Origin: an uncultured bacterium
GTDB lineage: Bacteria; Chloroflexota; UBA5177; JANWHV01
Assembly (NCBI GenBank): GCA_963729625.1
Contig: CAVSOU010000010.1
Location: 992,001 to 1,056,000 of the forward strand
DNA: 64,000 nt
Direction of reading: 5' to 3'
The notes under the pieces are model-generated. The model ran no database searches. It saw only the letters and a program-made list of their open reading frames with translations, and was not told the DNA's origin. This document shows, one piece after another, positions 59,192 through 64,000 of the stretch. The position numbers were made by a program, and so were the translations under genes. Position 1 is the first letter of the stretch. Each line of letters begins with the position of its first letter.

Positions 59192-62100
59192 GTGAATCTG
59201 CGAGTAGGCTCCGATGTCGGGCCCTACACCATCGAGAGCGTCGTCGGCGCCGGCAGTTCGGCTACGGTGTATCGGGCACGGCATCGGCTTCACCAACGGG
59301 TCGACGCGCTGAAAGTCTTTCATGACGCGGTGGCGGCCGATGCGAGCTTTCAGGCGCGCTTCTATGGCGTGGCAGAGGAGCTGGCCCGGCTCAAGCATCC
59401 GAACATCGTGCAGCTCTTTGACGTGCAGGCCGGCGACAAGTTCGCTCTGGCGATGGAGTTCGTCTCCGGCGGCACAGCACTCGATCTCCTTCGGCGGTAT
59501 CCGCCCGGGACGCTTCCGCTACCGGTGGTGCTCAAGCTGACAACGGAGACTGCCGATGCGCTCGAGCACGCACACAGGAATGGCATATGCCACGGAGACA
59601 TCGACCCAGGGAGTATCCTGCTCAGCACATCTGGAGCCGGCAGCGCGGTAACCTACACGGCGAAGCTCCGTGATTTCGGTCTGGCACAGCTCGTATCCGG
59701 AACTCAAGCCTCTTCAAAGCAACTCTTGCCAAGCTCGCTCACCTATATGGCGCCTGAGCATTTCAATGGCGCGCCATGCGACGCCCAAAGCGATTTGTAT
59801 TCACTTGGGGTGGTACTTTACCAGCTGGTCGTAGGTGAGCCACCGTTTGAGCCGGTTTCCTGGCGTGTAGCCAAGCAGCAGCATCTATTCGCCGACGTTC
59901 CGCGTCCATCCGATCGGCGCGATGCCGTGCCGCCCGCGCTCGACGCGATTATTCTGCGCCTTCTGGCAAAGCAACCCGAGGGTCGATATCCATCGGCAGA
60001 TCACGTTGCGGTGGGACTTCGACGGGCGCGCCTGGAGCTGACGAAGCACACCAGAATCGTCGCCGCGCCCCAGATCGTCGCGCCGATTGAGAATTCGCCG
60101 CCCGTGCCTGCCGCGATCCCTCCGAATCAGACGACTTCCGCGCCTACCGGTCCAGCCGATGGTCGGGAGACCAACGTTCAGATGGTTTCCATTGACCTCG
60201 AGCCGCAAGCGCTGGGAGGCAGTGCGGTGTCCGCGGAGACTCCTGGGGTTGCCTCGGACACCCCGAAGACCGAAATCGCCACCCCGAGGGCCATGGGCTC
60301 GGCAGACCAACGCGCCCTTGAAGCAACGTTCCCAAGCCCCGGCAGATCCGACATGTCCATTGCCCGTCCAGACGTGCACGCGCAGACCGCGCTCCTCACG
60401 AATGCTGGTCCCGCTGCCGCGACATCGGAGCCAGATGCGGACGGCGTTGGCCCTGATACAGCAGTGACCAGGCTGACTGTAGCCGCGGCGTCCGCAGCAC
60501 ACCGAGATCGCCTCCCGATGTTGTACAAAGTGGCCCTGGCAGTGGGGTTCGTCCTGCTTCTGCTTGCTCTCCTGCTGCAGCGACTGATGCCAGCCGGTCC
60601 CTCTCTGAGCCAACCGCCAGACGCATCTTTCGGTGCCCACCTGATCGGGGCCATTCCTGCTGCGGAGCAGCTGATGACCTTCAGCAACAGCGGAGGAGCG
60701 AGCCTGTCGTTTCATCTGAGCATCGCACCTGCCGGTCAGAAAGAATTCACGGTCAAGCCTCAGGATTCGCACCTCTGCGGCATGACCGCCCTTCGGCAGG
60801 CAGGCCTGATTGCGGCTCATAGTAGCTGCACGCTTGTGGTGAGCTTCCTCCCCAGATCGACAGGCCAAGCCGTAGCGTACTTGCTCGTGCTCAGCAACGC
60901 CGGCGAGCGCACGGTCCGGCTCAGCGGCTCCGGTGTTGGCACGTTGGCCGTTCGGTATGATGCCGCGGAGCTGATCGCGCCAACTCGCGCGCTCCCGTCC
61001 AGTGCCAAGGTTCAGTTCACGCTGGTAAACCGGAGCGTTGCCGTGCTGGCGATCAAAGCATCCACGAGTCACACGCGCGACTTCAGTATTGTCGCCGGCC
61101 GCGGCCAATGTCTGATGCGCCGACAAGGGGACTCCTGCACGTTGGCACTCCTCTTCCGGCCTCGCGTGAGCGGCCGACGGACAGGTACGCTCGTGCTGGA
61201 AGAGAAATTCGCCCTTGCAATGCAGACCATAACCAAGATCGAACGCCTTGATTTACGCGGTGACGGCGCGGTGTTCACAACGGCGTCGGACGGCAGTGCG
61301 ATGGCTAGCGGCCTCCGTTTTGGTCGGGGCGATGTAGGCACCAGTAGCCTGCGTGCATTCACCATGACTGTCGCCGGCATCACGAGGCTACCCAAGCTCA
61401 CAGGAAGTATCACCGGCGCCAAGGACTTCTCCATAGCTGCTATGTCCTGCGGCTGGATCTCCTCGCGGACGGCCTCCTGCACTGTGCGTGTCCGATTCCT
61501 TCCCACCTTTGGCCTCGGCACAACATCCTCCCACGTCGCGCGGACTGCTGAGCTGCGGCTGGCGGTACCCGCCCTGGGATGGGCGTATGCCGTCCCGTTG
61601 CAAGGACAGTTAGCCTTACCGCTAGCCGACTTTGGCAGCCCATCGACGATTGCACTTCCAGCGGCACGTGTGGGGACGACCACAACGCCGTCGACCATCA
61701 CCGTCGCAAACAGAGGAACCGCCCCATTACTCGTGGCCAGAATCACTCATTCCACAACTGACAGTTTCGCAGTGAAGAGTGATTGCGTGGGCCGCCACGT
61801 TTTGCCAGGCAGATCCTGCCGAATCGAAGTCGACTTTAGGCCGCAGCACGCCGGGCTCGCCAGGTTCAACCTTGTCGTCGCGACCAATGACCCCGACCTC
61901 GAGCGACGTACTGCGTCGTTCACGTTCAATGGAATCGGAGTGCAGCTGCTGACGAAATTGCCCCCGGTAATTGACCTTGGAGGAGTACACGAGCGTGCCA
62001 CTGTGCGTCGAACGAAGACCTTCACAATCGCGGGGATTGGCGGCGACTTCACTGTGACCCCGCACGCCGGTGGCGGCGACGGCCCCGACTACCACGCCAG

Positions 62101-63382
62101 CGTCAGCTGTGAAAAGCCTGACAGGGAGCTTGTACGCCGTTGTGTGTTTGCAGTCGCCTTTCACTCGCTCTCGCCCGGGCGAGTAGGCACGCAGCGGATC
62201 GCGTACTCAATATCCGCTCATGGACTGGTTGTGCTGCGCACTGTTGTGACAGCCACTGCGCTCGTGCCCCGCATACAGGTAACGCCTGTCCAACTGCAGT
62301 TCTCCCCGGTGGCGGTAGGGCGCGCAGGTATACCGAACATCGTGACAGTCAAGAACGTTGGAAGCGACGTGTTGCGCGTTGCGACACTAAACGTGACTGG
62401 TGACGCTGTCCAGTTCGAAGTGAACGACGCGCCTTGCCATCATCCTCTCGAACCGCGAAACTCGTGCTCGGTCAGCATTCAGTTCGCGCCCAAGTCTCAG
62501 GGCCTGCACAGAGCGGCGCTGGAAATTACGAGCACGGCGCTCGGTGGTCCGGTAGTTGTCGGCCTTGTGGCAAGCGCCATGCCGCCCACTCAGACTCCAA
62601 CACAGACGCGCACGCCGACTGCAACGAGCACTCCGATAAAGACGCCGACACCGGCCCCCACTGCGACCAAAGCACCGACACTGGCTCCAACTGCAACCAA
62701 GGCGCCGACACAGGCTCCAACTGCGACCAAAGCACCGACACAGGCTCCAACTGCGACCAAGGCGCCGACACTGGCTCCGACCGCGACCAAAGCGCCGACA
62801 CTGGCTCCGACCGCGACCAAGACGCCGGCGCCGACAAAGGCTCCGACGTTCGCGGCCACTGTGACTGCGTCGCCGTCGCGAACCAGTACACCCATATCCA
62901 CACCCACGATCCGGCCGGCGGCGACACCTCGGGCCACCAGGGCGGCGCAACCGGCGACCCGTGTGCCGTCACCAACGGCTCAACCCGCTACGATCGCGCC
63001 CACGGCGAAGCGGAGCACCGGCGCGAACGGAAATGCCATCGCCACTCCACACAGTATTGTCGTACGAGTGGACCCGAATCCGGTTGCGTTCAGGCCGCAG
63101 CGAGTCGGCACCCGCAGCGCGCCAATGCTGGTGTTAATCGACAACACGGGCATAACGCCCATCTACCTGGGACAAGTGACAATCTCTGGGGCAGATACCG
63201 AGGACTTTGCAGTCCAGCGCGATCTCTGCAGTTCCAGCACCACGCCGCTTGCGCACAATGTGCCCTGCAGCCTGTACGTCGTCTTCACGCCGATCGTGCG
63301 CGGCCACCGCAGCGCCACATTGTATGTTCCGGGAGCTCAGCAGCAAATGAAGCTCGTGGTCCTCGAGGGAACAGCGCTGTAG
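59192..63382 (+). CDS. Receptor-type Hanks Ser/Thr protein kinase (possibly a pseudokinase) with TM and ~7 choice-of-anchor-D/ASH Ig-like domains
   Basis: GAGSSATVY, ALK, LKHPNIV, HGDIDPGSIL, DFG, YMAPE, SDLYSLG, G.PPF; TM VALAVGFVLLLLALLL; seven C-x-x-x-V/I-x-F-x-P-like modules. Confidence 0.88.
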   Translation: MNLRVGSDVGPYTIESVVGAGSSATVYRARHRLHQRVDALKVFHDAVAADASFQARFYGVAEELARLKHPNIVQLFDVQAGDKFALAMEFVSGGTALDLLRRYPPGTLPLPVVLKLTTETADALEHAHRNGICHGDIDPGSILLSTSGAGSAVTYTAKLRDFGLAQLVSGTQASSKQLLPSSLTYMAPEHFNGAPCDAQSDLYSLGVVLYQLVVGEPPFEPVSWRVAKQQHLFADVPRPSDRRDAVPPALDAIILRLLAKQPEGRYPSADHVAVGLRRARLELTKHTRIVAAPQIVAPIENSPPVPAAIPPNQTTSAPTGPADGRETNVQMVSIDLEPQALGGSAVSAETPGVASDTPKTEIATPRAMGSADQRALEATFPSPGRSDMSIARPDVHAQTALLTNAGPAAATSEPDADGVGPDTAVTRLTVAAASAAHRDRLPMLYKVALAVGFVLLLLALLLQRLMPAGPSLSQPPDASFGAHLIGAIPAAEQLMTFSNSGGASLSFHLSIAPAGQKEFTVKPQDSHLCGMTALRQAGLIAAHSSCTLVVSFLPRSTGQAVAYLLVLSNAGERTVRLSGSGVGTLAVRYDAAELIAPTRALPSSAKVQFTLVNRSVAVLAIKASTSHTRDFSIVAGRGQCLMRRQGDSCTLALLFRPRVSGRRTGTLVLEEKFALAMQTITKIERLDLRGDGAVFTTASDGSAMASGLRFGRGDVGTSSLRAFTMTVAGITRLPKLTGSITGAKDFSIAAMSCGWISSRTASCTVRVRFLPTFGLGTTSSHVARTAELRLAVPALGWAYAVPLQGQLALPLADFGSPSTIALPAARVGTTTTPSTITVANRGTAPLLVARITHSTTDSFAVKSDCVGRHVLPGRSCRIEVDFRPQHAGLARFNLVVATNDPDLERRTASFTFNGIGVQLLTKLPPVIDLGGVHERATVRRTKTFTIAGIGGDFTVTPHAGGGDGPDYHASVSCEKPDRELVRRCVFAVAFHSLSPGRVGTQRIAYSISAHGLVVLRTVVTATALVPRIQVTPVQLQFSPVAVGRAGIPNIVTVKNVGSDVLRVATLNVTGDAVQFEVNDAPCHHPLEPRNSCSVSIQFAPKSQGLHRAALEITSTALGGPVVVGLVASAMPPTQTPTQTRTPTATSTPIKTPTPAPTATKAPTLAPTATKAPTQAPTATKAPTQAPTATKAPTLAPTATKAPTLAPTATKTPAPTKAPTFAATVTASPSRTSTPISTPTIRPAATPRATRAAQPATRVPSPTAQPATIAPTAKRSTGANGNAIATPHSIVVRVDPNPVAFRPQRVGTRSAPMLVLIDNTGITPIYLGQVTISGADTEDFAVQRDLCSSSTTPLAHNVPCSLYVVFTPIVRGHRSATLYVPGAQQQMKLVVLEGTAL
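62641..62820 (+). repeat. 30-bp tandem repeat, 6 copies (encodes APT[LQ]APTATK)
   Basis: Unit RGCRCCGACACWGGCTCCRACYGCGACCAA, in frame within the kinase ectodomain. Confidence 0.92.
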
Positions 63383-63436
63383 GCCTTGCTTGGCCAGCCC
63401 GAAGCCACCGGGTTACTTATATGCCGATCATCTGAA

Positions 63437-64000
63437 TCAATTGCAGCCCCCGCCAGGTCCATGGCAGGTCCATGTCTTGCTCGGCACTGGAGCGAATCGA
63501 GCCACTGCAGAAGATGGGATTCTGCCGTTTGCCAGTGTAATCCAACGCCCCAGCACCTTCAGCTGGAGCACGAATCCCGGCAGCGGCGCGGCAAGTGCAT
63601 CAGCGGATGGCACCAACGTGATTGCGCCTCCAACGGCAACCACAACGCGTGTGTTGATCGGAGCCCTTTCGAAGCTTCCCTCGCCCACGACGACAGGCCG
63701 TCCGACAAACCTGGCAGTAAATCCTAGGCGCAGTCGGGGCACAACGGCGTACGCAGGAATGCCATCCAGCCTGACCGTCATCTGAGCCGCATCGGAGGCG
63801 ACCAAGCTACCGGTGCTCTGAACGGAAGCAAGCGTGTCCGTGAGTGACACCGGCTCGACCGTCAGTGTCGCCAAGACATCCTGACCGACAGCCGTCGGAA
63901 GGTAAGCTAGGCCGCCATCGGGGCGCAGGACCGCTATTACCGGCAGGCGCGTCTCGTTGGTAATTGTGACGCGACCACCCAAGGTGCGACCCCAATTCGG
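63437..64000 (-). CDS. Hypothetical protein, C-terminal part (5' end outside the window)
   Basis: Frame open from the window end to TGA at 63437; beta-strand-like composition; convergent with the kinase gene. Confidence 0.55.
   Translation of the reverse strand, partial: PNWGRTLGGRVTITNETRLPVIAVLRPDGGLAYLPTAVGQDVLATLTVEPVSLTDTLASVQSTGSLVASDAAQMTVRLDGIPAYAVVPRLRLGFTARFVGRPVVVGEGSFERAPINTRVVVAVGGAITLVPSADALAAPLPGFVLQLKVLGRWITLANGRIPSSAVARFAPVPSKTWTCHGPGGGCN

Noticed and set aside
1-64000. tRNA, rRNA, IS elements, integrases, prophage genes
   Set aside because: No such motifs were recognised by eye; a tRNAscan/Rfam/ISEScan run would be needed to exclude them formally.

Overview
High-GC bacterial chromosomal DNA. 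The gene families suggest Chloroflexota, but that is an inference. I found no rRNA, tRNA, CRISPR array, transposase or integrase. In order, the window holds: (1) 1-6.8 kb, a tightly coupled membrane operon with an S53 protease 3' end, a PrsW-like protein lacking its catalytic residues, three zinc-ribbon single-pass membrane proteins and an embedded SLOG + 2xSLATT protein; (2) 7.2-13.0 kb, a cytoplasmic signalling module of MerR-HTH/PAS/histidine kinase followed by two KaiC-family ATPase + single-domain receiver pairs, with no KaiA/KaiB; (3) 13-25 kb, modular secreted Ig-like-repeat proteins, an ECF sigma factor and a kelch protein, plus a candidate ~240-nt structured leader; (4) 25-29.5 kb, a porG-porA-porB operon with a GltD-like flavoprotein carrying a fused ferredoxin, where porA is frameshifted near its 3' end; (5) 32.4-54.5 kb, a 22-kb carbohydrate catabolic island (ABC importer, kduD, kduI, eda, LarA-family epimerase, two fucose-isomerase-like proteins, FGGY kinase, several dehydrogenases, cupin isomerase, GntR/HutC regulator) in which all seven readable sigma70 promoters carry the same palindromic operator, C(C/T/A)TGT(A/C)ATTACAGG; (6) 54.8-64 kb, an MFS transporter, a frameshifted Ig-repeat/YVTN-propeller protein and a large receptor Ser/Thr kinase with a degenerate catalytic loop. 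The strongest candidates for undescribed systems are the MerR-kinase/dual-KaiC module, the zinc-ribbon/pseudo-PrsW/SLOG-SLATT operon and the operator-defined sugar regulon. All family calls come from reading motifs by eye; no database searches were run.
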